Shown here in pieces: positions 17,345-28,508 of a stretch of DNA of 64,000 bases; the first letter of the stretch is position 1; every line of letters starts with the position of its first letter. The DNA lies in the sequence record LC667451.1; one strand, given 5' to 3'. Both the position numbers and the translations under genes were made by a program. The notes beneath the pieces were generated by a model. That model was not told the DNA's origin. It was given only the letters and a program-made list of their open reading frames with translations, and ran no database searches.

Positions 17345-17494
17345 CTGCTGCTTGAATTCCCCCAGCGGTCCTTTGGGATTGCTGGGGGTTTATGCCCTAC
17401 TTGTTATGACACGTATAATGCGGTTTAAGATACGGAGTCATGTCCGGTTTTATGATCTTAGACCATTTGTCCAACCACACGTAGGGGATAAACC

Positions 17495-19765
17495 ATGATT
17501 CTCTTTGAAGAAGATTGGTTCAAATATCCGACCGCGATCATTGACACCCAGACCACGAATCGATCGTGGGTACGTCTGGCATCGGTGTATCGCAGCATGG
17601 GTATCAAGAATCACGCGTTCCTTTTGGCACTCGTGAATCCGAAGTTGCAAGGCGTTGATCCATTCAGCAAACACCTCACAGTCGATCAGATGTACATGAT
17701 CGCCGCCGAGTGCAAGGTCAATCCTTGGTACTTCTTCCGAGAGATTGCGCGCGCCCCAGGTAACTCGGGTAGCGACGCAGTCCCGCTCGAAGCGAACCGT
17801 GCGAATATCGCACTGTACTGGTCGTTCTTTAACCACGTATTCTTCACGTTGATTCAGCCACGTCAGACGGGTAAGTCCTTCTCGACTGATACGCTGATGA
17901 ACTACTTGATGAACGTGGTCTGTACCGACACCAGCATCAACCTGTTGACGAAGGACGATAACCTGCGCCGCAAGAACATCGAGCGGATCAAGGAAATCAT
18001 GGCGGAGCTCCCGCCGTATCTGAGTCAACGTACGAAGGACGATGCGCAAAACGGTGAAGAAGTGACCGTGAAGGCGCTGGGTAACTCGTACAACACGCAC
18101 GTGCCTCAGTCGAGTCCGAAGCGCGCGTACAACATGGGTCGGGGTTTGACGACCGCGATCTTCCACATCGACGAGCCGCCGTTCCAGCCAAACATCGCGA
18201 TTGCGTTGCCTGCTGCTCTGGCTGCAACCGGTGCTGCTGTGGAACGTGCAAAGGCCGCAGGCGCCCCGTACGGTACCATCCTGACGACCACCGCGGGCAA
18301 GAAGGACGACAAGGACGGTCGCTTTATCTACAAGCTCATCGAAGAGTCCTCGACCTGGACCGAGAAGTTCTTCGACTGCCGCAACTGGGCTGAGCTCGAC
18401 AAGATGGTGCGTCAGAACAACCGTGCAGGCAAGTTCCGGATCAATGGGACGTTCAGCCATCGCCAGTTGGGCAAGAGCGACGAATGGTTGCGCCAGAAGA
18501 TCGAAGAATCGCTGCAAACGGGCGACGATGCGAATCGAGATTACTTCAACCTGTGGACTTCGGGTACGGAAAGCTCGCCGCTCTCCACCGCCACGGCCGA
18601 GATGATTGCGGCATCCCGTCTGGACGAGATGTACACTTCGATCAGCGATCCGGACGGCTACATCACGCGCTGGTACATCCCGCAGGAAGAGATCGAAATG
18701 CGCATGGCACAGGGCAAGTTCGTCCTGGGCATGGATACCTCCGAAGCCGGAGGCGGCGACGACATCTCGCTGGTGTTGATGGACGTCGAAACGCTCGATG
18801 TGGTCGCGGCGGGTTCGTACAACGAGACCAACCTGATTACGTTCTCGAAGTGGGTGTGCGATACACTGGTGCGTTACCAGAATATCACCGCCGTGATTGA
18901 ACGTCGCTCAACGGGTGCGATGCTACTGGATTACCTGTTGCTGATGATGCCGAACTATGGCGAAGATCCGTTCAAGCGTATCTTCAACAAGGTGGTGCAG
19001 GATTACGACGAGTATCCGGATCGCTACAAGGAAATCAAGGTGCCAATGGGTCGTCGTCCGACCGACATCTTCGTGCGCTATAAGACGACCTTCGGTTACG
19101 CCACGTCAGGCTCGGGTGCCAATAGCCGTAATGCACTGTATGGCCAGGTGCTGCAGGCTGCTGCACAACGCGCGGGGATGAAGGTGCATGACAAGATGCT
19201 GGCCGGTCAGATCCTCGGTCTTGTGTACAAGAATGGTCGTATCGACCACGAAGACGGCGAACACGATGACTTGGTCATTGGCTGGCTGCTGTGCCACTGG
19301 TTCCTCATGCATGGCAAGAACCTGTCGCACTATGGCATCGATCCGCGTCAGGTTATGTGCGCCGTCAAGACGCCGCAGCAAGAGTCTGCTTCCGACTTCT
19401 ACCACCGGATGGAGCAACAGGCCTTCCGTAGTCGGATCGAAGAGATCTACAATGAACTCACGGGTGAGCACGACGACTTTGTTGCGCAACGCCTGGAACA
19501 AGAGTTGCGTTTGCTGGACCGGAAGATCATTCTGGAACAGGACGAGATCTATTCGGTGGATGAACTGATTCGTTCGGCTCGGGAAACCAAGAAGAACAAG
19601 GTTCGCCATTTGAACCTGTATCAGCAACAGCAGAACAACACGTTCCTGGGGCATAACACCGGCATGCTCACCACGAGTGATGTGCCGATTACGCATCGTG
19701 ACGTGTTCGGCGCGCCGAGTGGTTACGGCGTGTACGGTACTGCTGCTAACCGACCCTGGCGTTAA
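17495..19765 (+). CDS. terL: Terminase large subunit
   Basis: Walker A 'QPRQTGKS', Walker B 'FHIDE', coupling motif 'TTTAG', nuclease 'LGMDTS' and 'HDDLVIGW'; phiKZ-type length of 756 aa. Confidence 0.93.
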   Translation: MILFEEDWFKYPTAIIDTQTTNRSWVRLASVYRSMGIKNHAFLLALVNPKLQGVDPFSKHLTVDQMYMIAAECKVNPWYFFREIARAPGNSGSDAVPLEANRANIALYWSFFNHVFFTLIQPRQTGKSFSTDTLMNYLMNVVCTDTSINLLTKDDNLRRKNIERIKEIMAELPPYLSQRTKDDAQNGEEVTVKALGNSYNTHVPQSSPKRAYNMGRGLTTAIFHIDEPPFQPNIAIALPAALAATGAAVERAKAAGAPYGTILTTTAGKKDDKDGRFIYKLIEESSTWTEKFFDCRNWAELDKMVRQNNRAGKFRINGTFSHRQLGKSDEWLRQKIEESLQTGDDANRDYFNLWTSGTESSPLSTATAEMIAASRLDEMYTSISDPDGYITRWYIPQEEIEMRMAQGKFVLGMDTSEAGGGDDISLVLMDVETLDVVAAGSYNETNLITFSKWVCDTLVRYQNITAVIERRSTGAMLLDYLLLMMPNYGEDPFKRIFNKVVQDYDEYPDRYKEIKVPMGRRPTDIFVRYKTTFGYATSGSGANSRNALYGQVLQAAAQRAGMKVHDKMLAGQILGLVYKNGRIDHEDGEHDDLVIGWLLCHWFLMHGKNLSHYGIDPRQVMCAVKTPQQESASDFYHRMEQQAFRSRIEEIYNELTGEHDDFVAQRLEQELRLLDRKIILEQDEIYSVDELIRSARETKKNKVRHLNLYQQQQNNTFLGHNTGMLTTSDVPITHRDVFGAPSGYGVYGTAANRPWR

Positions 19766-19768
19766 AAG

Positions 19769-19803
19769 GGCATAGGAGCCGGGGGTGACCCCGGCTCTAT
19801 GAC
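19769..19803. terminator. GGCATA-hairpin-TATGAC bidirectional element
   Basis: GAGCCGGGG-GTGA-CCCCGGCTC stem between convergent genes. Confidence 0.75.
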
Positions 19804-19812
19804 GCCGAAGCG

Positions 19813-21504
19813 TTAGTTGGATTGCCAGACCGGCATCGGGCAGAGCGCCAACTCGAGGTCATTCTCCGACGTGCGGAGGAAGAACTTCACGAGCAACGTG
19901 CCGCCGTTTGCGACCACTGAGGAAAGCGCCAGTTGGCTATTCCACTGCGAGATCGGGAACTCGACATCCCCAGACGGCAGGACGAACGAGAACATGTTCG
20001 GGACCGGCGGCATCGTTTCCTGGGTCGGATCGGTGAGCGGCTTGGCCGGATAGTAGACCTGATCGAGCCAGGCTTCCTGATCCGTCAGACCCTGATCGAT
20101 CTTCACCTGCATCAGGTTCTGATTCACGAACGTCGTCACCGCATGGGTGTTGGCACCGTACGCCGGTGTCTGACCCGGATCGTACGAGATCGTCCAGTTG
20201 GTCCCGGTTTGATCCGTGCCATCGCGGTTCAGGATGATGCCGATCGTTTCGGTGAACTGCACATTCTTGAAGGACGGGTTGACGTCCGAGAGCGTGAGTT
20301 GGACCTGGATCTGCTGGTTCACCCCGTAGCCCTTCGGCAGGAATGCCGGAGAGTTGGTCGCGAACTTCACATACGGCGTGACCAACTGAGCCACATTGCG
20401 ATCCAGATTGAAGAGATACCAATCCAGACGCCAGCCGTTGACCGAGTCGATGAACACCGGTACACAGAAGAGTTTCACCGTGTACGCGCCGTCCATGTTC
20501 AGGGTGGTGGCCTTGAACGATTCGGTGATGAAGGCTGCGCCACCTGAGCCATCGGTATTCGCCGATGCGCCGTACACGATCTCGTTGGCCGAGAGGCTGT
20601 ACTTGAGCACCAGCGGGAACTTCTGACCGACGATGGTAGCCACATAGTTGTCCAGTCCCATGAGACTGAACTTCGTCCCATCGACCGGCATCTGCGCCGT
20701 GGTCCCGTCGCTGTACTCGACGATACCCATCAGGTTCAGACCCGCCTTCGGTACGTTGATCGGATACTGCAACGTGGTCGGATCGCTCGAGGAGAGGAAC
20801 GGTGAACTCATCGCAATACCCGTCACGTACTTCTCGGATGCATCCGTCGTGCGGATATACGCCGTGTTCTCTACGAGCAGCTGACGCTTGGAGAGCACCG
20901 TACCGTCCGCTGCATAAATCACTACCGTGATGATCTCGCCATCCACCATCGCGACCTTGGTGTAAAACGGCTTGACCACCTTGATCGACACGTTGGCGAC
21001 ATTATCGGTCGCGACCAGTTCCAGCGGTACGTTCTCGCCCAGCAGGTTACCCGACTGATCGTAGAAGGCCGAGATCACCTGACCCGAGGTCCCGAGGATG
21101 GCGCCTCGGAACACCTTGGCATAGGACGCCATTGTCCCGGCAACTTGCAAGCGCACGTCCACAGCAGCCCGATACGGCATGACGCTCGTGTCGAGATAGC
21201 AGCGATACGTGTCGGACTGTGTGCCCGGACCGACGCCCATCAAGAGGTCCGATGGATCGAACGCGCCGATGGCGGTACTGGAGAGCGGTACCAGCGTACT
21301 AAGCAGCGTGGTCTGATCGACCGCCGCGACTTTGTACCATTCGTTGGTGTCCGGGTTGACCACGTAGTCCTTGGGATTGGGGACGTACATATTCGTCCCC
21401 GGACCGCCGACGAAGATTTGCTCGAGGGACCACGTCTGCCACCGACCATCCGGATCGTAAATCGGCACGACGCCATCGGTCCCTGTTACTTGTGCTGTTG
21501 ACAT
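19813..21504 (-). CDS. Virion structural protein, likely baseplate/tail (563 aa)
   Basis: Beta-rich; lies between terminase and sheath on the opposite strand, as in phiKZ gp26-28. Confidence 0.75.
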   Translation of the reverse strand: MSTAQVTGTDGVVPIYDPDGRWQTWSLEQIFVGGPGTNMYVPNPKDYVVNPDTNEWYKVAAVDQTTLLSTLVPLSSTAIGAFDPSDLLMGVGPGTQSDTYRCYLDTSVMPYRAAVDVRLQVAGTMASYAKVFRGAILGTSGQVISAFYDQSGNLLGENVPLELVATDNVANVSIKVVKPFYTKVAMVDGEIITVVIYAADGTVLSKRQLLVENTAYIRTTDASEKYVTGIAMSSPFLSSSDPTTLQYPINVPKAGLNLMGIVEYSDGTTAQMPVDGTKFSLMGLDNYVATIVGQKFPLVLKYSLSANEIVYGASANTDGSGGAAFITESFKATTLNMDGAYTVKLFCVPVFIDSVNGWRLDWYLFNLDRNVAQLVTPYVKFATNSPAFLPKGYGVNQQIQVQLTLSDVNPSFKNVQFTETIGIILNRDGTDQTGTNWTISYDPGQTPAYGANTHAVTTFVNQNLMQVKIDQGLTDQEAWLDQVYYPAKPLTDPTQETMPPVPNMFSFVLPSGDVEFPISQWNSQLALSSVVANGGTLLVKFFLRTSENDLELALCPMPVWQSN

Positions 21505-24074
21505 CAGGTTCCACCCGTGTAAGTTTCAATCGAGACAGCGCCGGAGAGATTCACCAGGCCGTTCAGATAAAGGTTGACCGCACGCTGCAAGAACCGGTAA
21601 TGGTAGATCGACATCGGGATCACCGTGTTCAGGTTATGCGGCTGAATGACGACGAAGTTCGGGTCCACAGCACACGCCGGTTGTGTCGGGTCCATCTTCA
21701 GCAGGTACTCGTACGGGGCACACAGACTCCTCACCACCGCATCGCTATACTGCTGATACATGCGCGGATCGTCCAACGTGCCCGCATTCATGTCGTAGAT
21801 CAACTTGCAGCAAAACGGACTGAAGATCTGGTACAGCTGTTCGATCTGGTCTTCGCCGTCATTGCCCGGCATGTCGAAATACTGCGACATGTATGCGCTG
21901 ACCGCTTCATCGATCACAATCGACGCTGCGCGCATGGTGTACGTGGGTGTCGTCGTCAGGCCTCGCAAAGGCACTACGATGTCGCGTACGAGGTAGGGCG
22001 TGCCGTTCAGGGCATTGGGTACACTCACCCCTGCCGTGCCTTCCTGGAACGTTAGAGCACTGCGGGGGAGCGTTTTACCGTTCACCTGAATCCGCAGTAC
22101 CTTGTCATCCCGGATGTCGAACCGGTTATTGTTCGACAGCGTGCCCCATTGCACGAAGCCCTTGTCGTCCTGCGGAGTGCGAGTGAAGTCGCTGTTGCAG
22201 AACCCCGTGAAGCGAACCACCACGTGCTGCGTTGGTGAGCCTACATTCAGGAACGACTTGTTGACGATCATCACCTGCGGGAAGTTGACGAAGTAATCGA
22301 CACGTTCCACCAGTGACTTGCCATTCACCCACAGATCGAGCTCCCCCATCGGGATCTGCATGATCCAGTTCGATGTCACGCCGTTACGCGTTTGACGATG
22401 CGAGAGACTGAATTCCAGCAGACCGTCCGTGGTCGTCAAATCCAGGCTATAGCCGAGGAAGTAACGATCCCCGCGCACCAGGGTGTAGAACTTGGTGGTG
22501 TCGATCAGCCACGTCAGCACGTTGTTTTGCACGGCGTACTGAGCACTGCCTGTCACATCCGTCCAGACGTTCGTGGGTTGACCATTGGTGATCGGACACA
22601 CGTACATCCGGTAATCCACCGCTGGATCAAGCGTGGTGGTCCTGGCCCCGTACACTTCGTCGAGCGCGTTGTTCGCAATCCCCGAGATCATTTCCACCAT
22701 CGTGGCACCCGTCTGGGAGCACACGTAGGTCGAGCCCACCTGATGAGACGCGTAGCCGAGCAGATAGCCGTTGGCGTCGTACTCGTAACCTGTCGACTTG
22801 GCTTGCAAGCCATACGGTGCCGTTGCGACCAGCTGGTTCGACGACATGAACGTCGGCACGGGCGTATCGCCCAACACCTTGCTGATGGCGTTGTAACCCA
22901 GCGCGCTTTCTACCGTCGCCTTATCAAGCACCGGGACTTGTGCACCCATGATCGCGGCGTAGGTTGATGCTTCGAGCGTGTCGGCACGGAAGTTCGACAG
23001 GTTTGAATTCACCCCCAGCATCGCTCCCAGGATGTTCGCATCAGAGAGCTTGTACAGTTCGTGGATTCGGTTATTCTCGAAGACGAGGCTGCGCTCCCAA
23101 CCGCCGTTACGGATGTGCAGGCGCAATGAGCAGGCCATCGGGTCCCAGCCTTGATCCTGACAGAACGCATTGATGTACGCCGGAACCACCGAATAGTCCT
23201 TGTGCGTCACATTGCGCAGACTGTCACCCGCGTTGCGGTGATAGTACACACCCGTCCACCGGCCCGTACCCGTCGGATTCATCACGAAGACGTCGATGTC
23301 ATCTTCGTAATCGATCTCGTTCACATTGCCCGGATAATGCAGCAGGTACTTCGCCTTGATGTCCAGCAACGAAGTGAACGAACGCAGGTCTGTCATCTTG
23401 AAATCGACGACCTTGTAGATCGAGGCATCGTAGACGAACTCGACCACATCTCCCACGTTTACCGTGTAGGGATCGATCTGACTCACCTTGTAGCCGTTCA
23501 CAAACGCATACGCTACCCCCGGCTTGGCTTGATAGTTAATCAGGTCTTGCTGGAGCGCGATGATCTGGTCCGAGTTCAGCGGCGTGCGGCCCTCGACGTA
23601 GACGATCGAGCTATTGGTCGTGGCGGCTTGCGAGCGATAGTACGCGTTGCTGTACACTCGCAGGAACAGCGGATCGGTGTCCAGATTGATAGCGATACGC
23701 GACAGTTGCGGCACTGCCACGATCAGGTTGTGATTCTCCGTGACCATGTACCAGCTTTGCGTGCGCGGCATTTGCAAGCCGCTATTTGCATACAGGTCAC
23801 AGATGAAGTTCTTCTTGTTGCATGCGTCTGCAAACGTGTTCCAGGTCCACTTCGGTACGATCCCGAGCAGCAACGGGTCAACTTGACCGATCGAGTACAC
23901 GTGCATGCGTGTCTTGGCGAGCGGTAGGTTGACCGTGGTGTTCTGAACCTTGAAGTAGTTGAACGCTCCCCCCACAGGCGTCATGCGAGCCAGTTCCAGG
24001 ATCGCTTGTCGGTCTTGGTAGGGAGCGCACCAGATGTTTGACAGGGCATAAGCTTCGAGGTAATCGTAAGCCAT
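21504..24074 (-). CDS. Virion structural protein, likely baseplate (856 aa)
   Basis: Synteny with phiKZ gp27-like genes; 'NIWCAPYQDRQ' N-terminus; 1-nt coupled overlap with the downstream gene. Confidence 0.78.
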   Translation of the reverse strand: MAYDYLEAYALSNIWCAPYQDRQAILELARMTPVGGAFNYFKVQNTTVNLPLAKTRMHVYSIGQVDPLLLGIVPKWTWNTFADACNKKNFICDLYANSGLQMPRTQSWYMVTENHNLIVAVPQLSRIAINLDTDPLFLRVYSNAYYRSQAATTNSSIVYVEGRTPLNSDQIIALQQDLINYQAKPGVAYAFVNGYKVSQIDPYTVNVGDVVEFVYDASIYKVVDFKMTDLRSFTSLLDIKAKYLLHYPGNVNEIDYEDDIDVFVMNPTGTGRWTGVYYHRNAGDSLRNVTHKDYSVVPAYINAFCQDQGWDPMACSLRLHIRNGGWERSLVFENNRIHELYKLSDANILGAMLGVNSNLSNFRADTLEASTYAAIMGAQVPVLDKATVESALGYNAISKVLGDTPVPTFMSSNQLVATAPYGLQAKSTGYEYDANGYLLGYASHQVGSTYVCSQTGATMVEMISGIANNALDEVYGARTTTLDPAVDYRMYVCPITNGQPTNVWTDVTGSAQYAVQNNVLTWLIDTTKFYTLVRGDRYFLGYSLDLTTTDGLLEFSLSHRQTRNGVTSNWIMQIPMGELDLWVNGKSLVERVDYFVNFPQVMIVNKSFLNVGSPTQHVVVRFTGFCNSDFTRTPQDDKGFVQWGTLSNNNRFDIRDDKVLRIQVNGKTLPRSALTFQEGTAGVSVPNALNGTPYLVRDIVVPLRGLTTTPTYTMRAASIVIDEAVSAYMSQYFDMPGNDGEDQIEQLYQIFSPFCCKLIYDMNAGTLDDPRMYQQYSDAVVRSLCAPYEYLLKMDPTQPACAVDPNFVVIQPHNLNTVIPMSIYHYRFLQRAVNLYLNGLVNLSGAVSIETYTGGT

Positions 24075-24116
24075 ATCTGCCTCAGGTGGCTCGCTGCCCG
24101 TAGGCAGCGAAAGTTC

Positions 24117-25049
24117 TTACTTGCCCGACGTCACGTTGACCAGATTCACCAACGCAGTCGAAAACTGCTTGTTGGCAGCAGCGGACTGACGCTCAGCGAT
24201 CTTCGTGATCTGCGAGTTCTTGAAGGTACGCTCTTGGGCCGCAGCCAGCATGATGGCGAGCCAGGTCGGCGGATGTTCCAACGCTACGAAAAGCAGTTCC
24301 GCCGCGCTGGCGCTGTACCAGGTCTTGCCCAGAATGCCAACCAGAACGCCGATGTTCAGGTCATGCAGACGAACCGAACCGGTGATTTCCTGAGCACGCT
24401 CACAGAACTCCTTGATACCGGAAATCGGCGCGGTGAACTGATCCACCACATCCAGCACGTCTTGTGCGTTGGTGCGTGTCGCTTTCACGATGGCCTGCAC
24501 CATGCGCAGCTTGTCGCGCTCGATCAGGTCCTTCATGTCAGTGAAGTTCGACTGATAGAGCAGCCCGGCGAGGATGGCCAGCTTCATCTGTTCAGCCGGA
24601 TCGAGCGCGAAGCGTCGTGCCACGTTCTCGCTGATCCACGAACAGAACACGCTCATCGGCAGCGGCGACACATCGCGCAGGATCTGCGCCGGATGGCTGA
24701 TCCAGATCGAATTCAGTTTGGCACGGAACACGAGCAAGTCGTACTCGATGCCGTTACGCACTGCGAACTGACGTTGATGTTGGTCCCACTTACCGTAGGG
24801 CCGCGCATCGATGACCAGTTGCAACGACGGCGAAGCCATGCCTTCGAAGTGGTTCTCCAGCACGATCGGGTGCATGAAGGCCGGGATATTCGAGGAGAGC
24901 GTATCGCTGCCATCCACGCGCAAAATCGAGGTGTCGGGTACCGGGTTGAGCCACCCTACCGTCATTGACTTCTTGATTTCAGCGAGCAGCTTGTCGACCG
25001 CAAAACCTTCGCAGGCCTTGGTGTCGTAGGCCGAACGGAAAATACTCAT
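24117..25049 (-). CDS. Virion structural protein (310 aa), phiKZ gp28-like by synteny
   Basis: Divergent from the sheath gene; 'ALEHPPTW' motif. Confidence 0.72.
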   Translation of the reverse strand: MSIFRSAYDTKACEGFAVDKLLAEIKKSMTVGWLNPVPDTSILRVDGSDTLSSNIPAFMHPIVLENHFEGMASPSLQLVIDARPYGKWDQHQRQFAVRNGIEYDLLVFRAKLNSIWISHPAQILRDVSPLPMSVFCSWISENVARRFALDPAEQMKLAILAGLLYQSNFTDMKDLIERDKLRMVQAIVKATRTNAQDVLDVVDQFTAPISGIKEFCERAQEITGSVRLHDLNIGVLVGILGKTWYSASAAELLFVALEHPPTWLAIMLAAAQERTFKNSQITKIAERQSAAANKQFSTALVNLVNVTSGK

Positions 25050-25345
25050 GGTTCATCCCAGGTAGTTGGGTCCTAAGACCGGAAGAATGTGTGTGATTCG
25101 TGTGAAAACTTACTGCCATCCTATGGCGATTTTCACTCGAGCAGCTACATGCTGTTTCTCAGCGCTCTTGTTGACCTCGCGTAGCAACCCTCGGCGCAAT
25201 AAATTTTAAATACTTATGACTGACATTTTCCTGCAAGCTGGTGTTTTGACCAACTGAATGGAGGGATAGGGTCAGCCTCACCAGAGGACGCCAGGATGTT
25301 TAGCATCGTCTTCGAAACCATACCATTCAACTAAGGAATCGCGAA

Positions 25346-27481
25346 ATGGCGAATGCAATTATCAACGCCGCTCCGATGACGAACTTTCTGGGCGTGCAGG
25401 ACAACAGCACGCGTGCCCTGGTTCCGACTCCGGAGAACCTTCCGACCCACCTGGCGAAGGTCTATCTGTACGCACAGACTGGCCCTGGCCCGAACCAGCC
25501 TCAGCTGGTAGTCGGTGATTCGGCAACCCAGATGTTCGGCGCTGACACGTTCGATCCGCTCAAGCCGTACTTCAATCACCAGACCGCTCTGGTGGTGAAT
25601 GCGCTGAATCCGGCAGCGAACCAGTACATGGTGGAGCGTGTGGTCCCGACCGACGCTGCGCCGCGCGCGAACCTGCGGATTTACCTCGACGTGCTGTCGA
25701 CGGCTGTGCCCGATTACGTGCGCAATGCCGACGGCTCGATCAAGACCGACCCGACCACGGGCGATCCGATTCAAGTGACCGGTCAGGGCGCTACGCTGCC
25801 AGGCTTCCAGGTCAAGTGGGTCACGCAGTACATCCAGCCGGATGAAGACGGCAACTCGCAAGTCGGTGCCGGTACGCAAGTCGTGGGTGACCTGACCGAC
25901 GGTCAAGGCGGCCAGTCGACGCGTTACCCGATCATGGATCTGCAAGTGTCGCACGTCGGTGCGGCAGGCAACTGGAACGGCTTCCGCATGTGGGCGCCGA
26001 CCTCGGCGTCGAGCACGCCGATCGACGACTCGTTCATCACGGACGAAGGCGTGTATCCGTTCCGCTTCGCGTTCGCGCGCAAGCCGAGCGATAACGGCAC
26101 GGCTGCTGTGGTGGCTGGTAACGATGGGTCGCAGTACTACGATCTGACGTTCAAGCCGAACACGACCAACGTGAATACGACGCAACAGCTGTACGTCGGC
26201 GATCGTCTGATCCAGGCTTACCAGAACCTGAATCCGAAGGCTGGTGTCGTGCCGACCTGGGGTCCGTTCGGTGTGCTGAAGGTCTACGACGCGAATATCG
26301 CGCAGTTGGTCGAACAGTTCTACGAAGCGGAATTCCCGCACGCCGATTCGTTCAGCGACTTCACGGGCGCTGCCAACGAACAGTGGCTGTTCAACTTCCT
26401 GTCGGGCGTGAGCTCGCAGAACGTGCCGTACCACACCTACCAGGTGATCACGGCCGCAGGCAACGCTACGCGCTTCACCGAGAACACCACGGTGTACGCA
26501 TCGGGCGGTTCCGACGGTACGATGAACGACACGGACTTCGCGACGCTGGTGTCGGCTGCAGTGGCTCAGTACGCCGATCCGAACTCGTACCTGCAGGACA
26601 TGGCGACGTATCCCGAGTCGATCATCTACGACACGGGCTTCCCGTTGCAAACGAAGTACGATCTGTGCCAGTTCATCTCGGTGCGTAAGGATACGTTCGT
26701 CGTCCTCGGCACCCACGACGTGGCAGCCGGTACGGTGCTCACCGCGGCAGCTGAATCGGCGCTGGCCATCGCACTGCGTACGCGTCTGCAGATGTATCCG
26801 GAGTCGGACTACTTCGGTACGGCTACGATGCGCGGCATGATCGTGGGTCGCTCGGGCACGCTGATCAGCAGCACGTACACGAAGCGCCTGCCGATGACGC
26901 TGGAGTTCGCAGCGAAGGCTGCAGCTTACATGGGTTCGGGCGACGGTGTGTGGAAGTCGGCGAATTCGTTCGACGAAGATCCGCTGAACCAGGTCACGCT
27001 GATGACCAACATCAACGTCGTGTTCACGCCTGCTTCGGTTCGCAACACGGACTGGGACAACGGTCTCGTCTGGGTGGAAGCGTACGGCCGCGGCTCGTAC
27101 TACTTCCCGGCGTTCAAGACGGTGTACAACAACGACACGTCGGTGCTCACCAGCTTCTTCACGGCCATGGGCTGCGTGGAACTGGAAAAGGTCGGCGAGC
27201 GCATCCGCAAGAAGTTCTCCGGTAACAGCAAGCTCAAGCAGAGCCAGCTGGTGGACCGCGTGAACAAGGAAGCGATCAAGCAGACCAACCAGCGCTTCGA
27301 CGGCCGTTTCACGATCATCCCGAAGACGTACTTCACGGATGCGGATGCGGCGCGTGGCTACAGCTGGACGCTGATGCTGCAGATCTACGCGAACAACATG
27401 CCGACGGTGCAGACGCTCATCATCCAGGCTAACCGTTCGTCGGATCTCCAGACCACGACCGGCCAGCAAGTGGCGACCTAA
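25346..27481 (+). CDS. Tail sheath protein
   Basis: 711 aa with extreme codon bias; C-terminal sheath-type motifs 'YPESIIYDTGF' and 'PAFKTVY'; directly followed by the tube gene; AAGGA SD. Confidence 0.88.
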   Translation: MANAIINAAPMTNFLGVQDNSTRALVPTPENLPTHLAKVYLYAQTGPGPNQPQLVVGDSATQMFGADTFDPLKPYFNHQTALVVNALNPAANQYMVERVVPTDAAPRANLRIYLDVLSTAVPDYVRNADGSIKTDPTTGDPIQVTGQGATLPGFQVKWVTQYIQPDEDGNSQVGAGTQVVGDLTDGQGGQSTRYPIMDLQVSHVGAAGNWNGFRMWAPTSASSTPIDDSFITDEGVYPFRFAFARKPSDNGTAAVVAGNDGSQYYDLTFKPNTTNVNTTQQLYVGDRLIQAYQNLNPKAGVVPTWGPFGVLKVYDANIAQLVEQFYEAEFPHADSFSDFTGAANEQWLFNFLSGVSSQNVPYHTYQVITAAGNATRFTENTTVYASGGSDGTMNDTDFATLVSAAVAQYADPNSYLQDMATYPESIIYDTGFPLQTKYDLCQFISVRKDTFVVLGTHDVAAGTVLTAAAESALAIALRTRLQMYPESDYFGTATMRGMIVGRSGTLISSTYTKRLPMTLEFAAKAAAYMGSGDGVWKSANSFDEDPLNQVTLMTNINVVFTPASVRNTDWDNGLVWVEAYGRGSYYFPAFKTVYNNDTSVLTSFFTAMGCVELEKVGERIRKKFSGNSKLKQSQLVDRVNKEAIKQTNQRFDGRFTIIPKTYFTDADAARGYSWTLMLQIYANNMPTVQTLIIQANRSSDLQTTTGQQVAT

Positions 27482-27562
27482 GGGCATAGGACGCGAGGGG
27501 TTTCGGCCCCTCGCGCTGTCACCATCCATTCAGCTGTTAGCCTTTAAGAACAGGAGTTTTAC

Positions 27563-28480
27563 ATGAGCCGTATCGCACAAACGCTGATGCCCGATGGCTA
27601 TGCGTTCGGGCAAGGCGTGAACATTCCCATCGCGGACCTGCAGTACTCGGGTCAGATGGGTTACGCACCGGATCTGACCGAATGGGTCGGTAACCAGGCG
27701 TACGTTCGACGCAACCTGATCGCGTTGCTGGTCGAGGCCCCGACTGCGTTCTCGGATCTGCCGGACCCGGATTACTGGGTCGGTACGCTGCGCGCGCTGG
27801 TCGAACTGCACCCGCTCTCGATCACGGGTCTGCAATCCACCCTCACGGTGGACACGGTCGACGGCAACCCCGTCGGCGGTGGTGGTCAAGTCCAGGAAGA
27901 ATTCACGGACGTCAAGGAAGGTCGCAGCCAGCCGCAGTTCCGCTGGAACGAAAAGTACGGTATGCCGATCAACCGCTTCCTGCGCGGTTGGATTCAGTAC
28001 TGTATCATGGACCCGAACAGCAAGGTCGCCTCGATCAACACGATCGCGGGCAACGCTGTCACGGACATGCTGCCGGACCGTTACACGATGACCGTCGCGT
28101 TCCTGGAACCGGACCCGACCCACACGAAGATCAACAAGTCATGGCTGGTCACGAACATGTTCCCGAAGAGCTCGGGCGAAGTCACGGGTCAGCGCGACCT
28201 GACGGCGGGCGGCGAAATCGTGGCGTACGACGTGGAATTCGCAGGCATTGCCCAGTTCGGTCTGGGTGTCGACGCGTTCTGCCAGATGCTGCTGAACGGC
28301 ATCAACATCACGGGTGCGAATCCGTACGAGCGTGCACCGTTCGTCGACCAGATCGCTGCTGACGTGCAAGCGGCTGGCTCGAGCTATCAGCAAAACATCG
28401 CTGACCTCGCGGCTGGTGCTGCTGCAGTTCAATCCGGTCTGACCGGCTCGGACTCGATCAGCGCGACCGTTACGTTCTAA
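27563..28480 (+). CDS. Tail tube protein
   Basis: 305 aa downstream of the sheath; CAGGAG SD; 'WLVTNMFPKSSGE' tube-like motif. Confidence 0.85.
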   Translation: MSRIAQTLMPDGYAFGQGVNIPIADLQYSGQMGYAPDLTEWVGNQAYVRRNLIALLVEAPTAFSDLPDPDYWVGTLRALVELHPLSITGLQSTLTVDTVDGNPVGGGGQVQEEFTDVKEGRSQPQFRWNEKYGMPINRFLRGWIQYCIMDPNSKVASINTIAGNAVTDMLPDRYTMTVAFLEPDPTHTKINKSWLVTNMFPKSSGEVTGQRDLTAGGEIVAYDVEFAGIAQFGLGVDAFCQMLLNGINITGANPYERAPFVDQIAADVQAAGSSYQQNIADLAAGAAAVQSGLTGSDSISATVTF

Positions 28481-28508
28481 GCCTAGTTTAGGCCAAAGAA
28501 AAAAGAAC

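Noticed and set aside
25331-27529. 732-aa minus-strand ORF antisense to the tail sheath, and similar long shadow ORFs such as 7628-8839, 17450-18517, 33938-35044 and 37358-38728
   Set aside because: Expected artefact of strong G/C third-position bias on the true strand; no SD, Arg/His-rich composition and no motifs.
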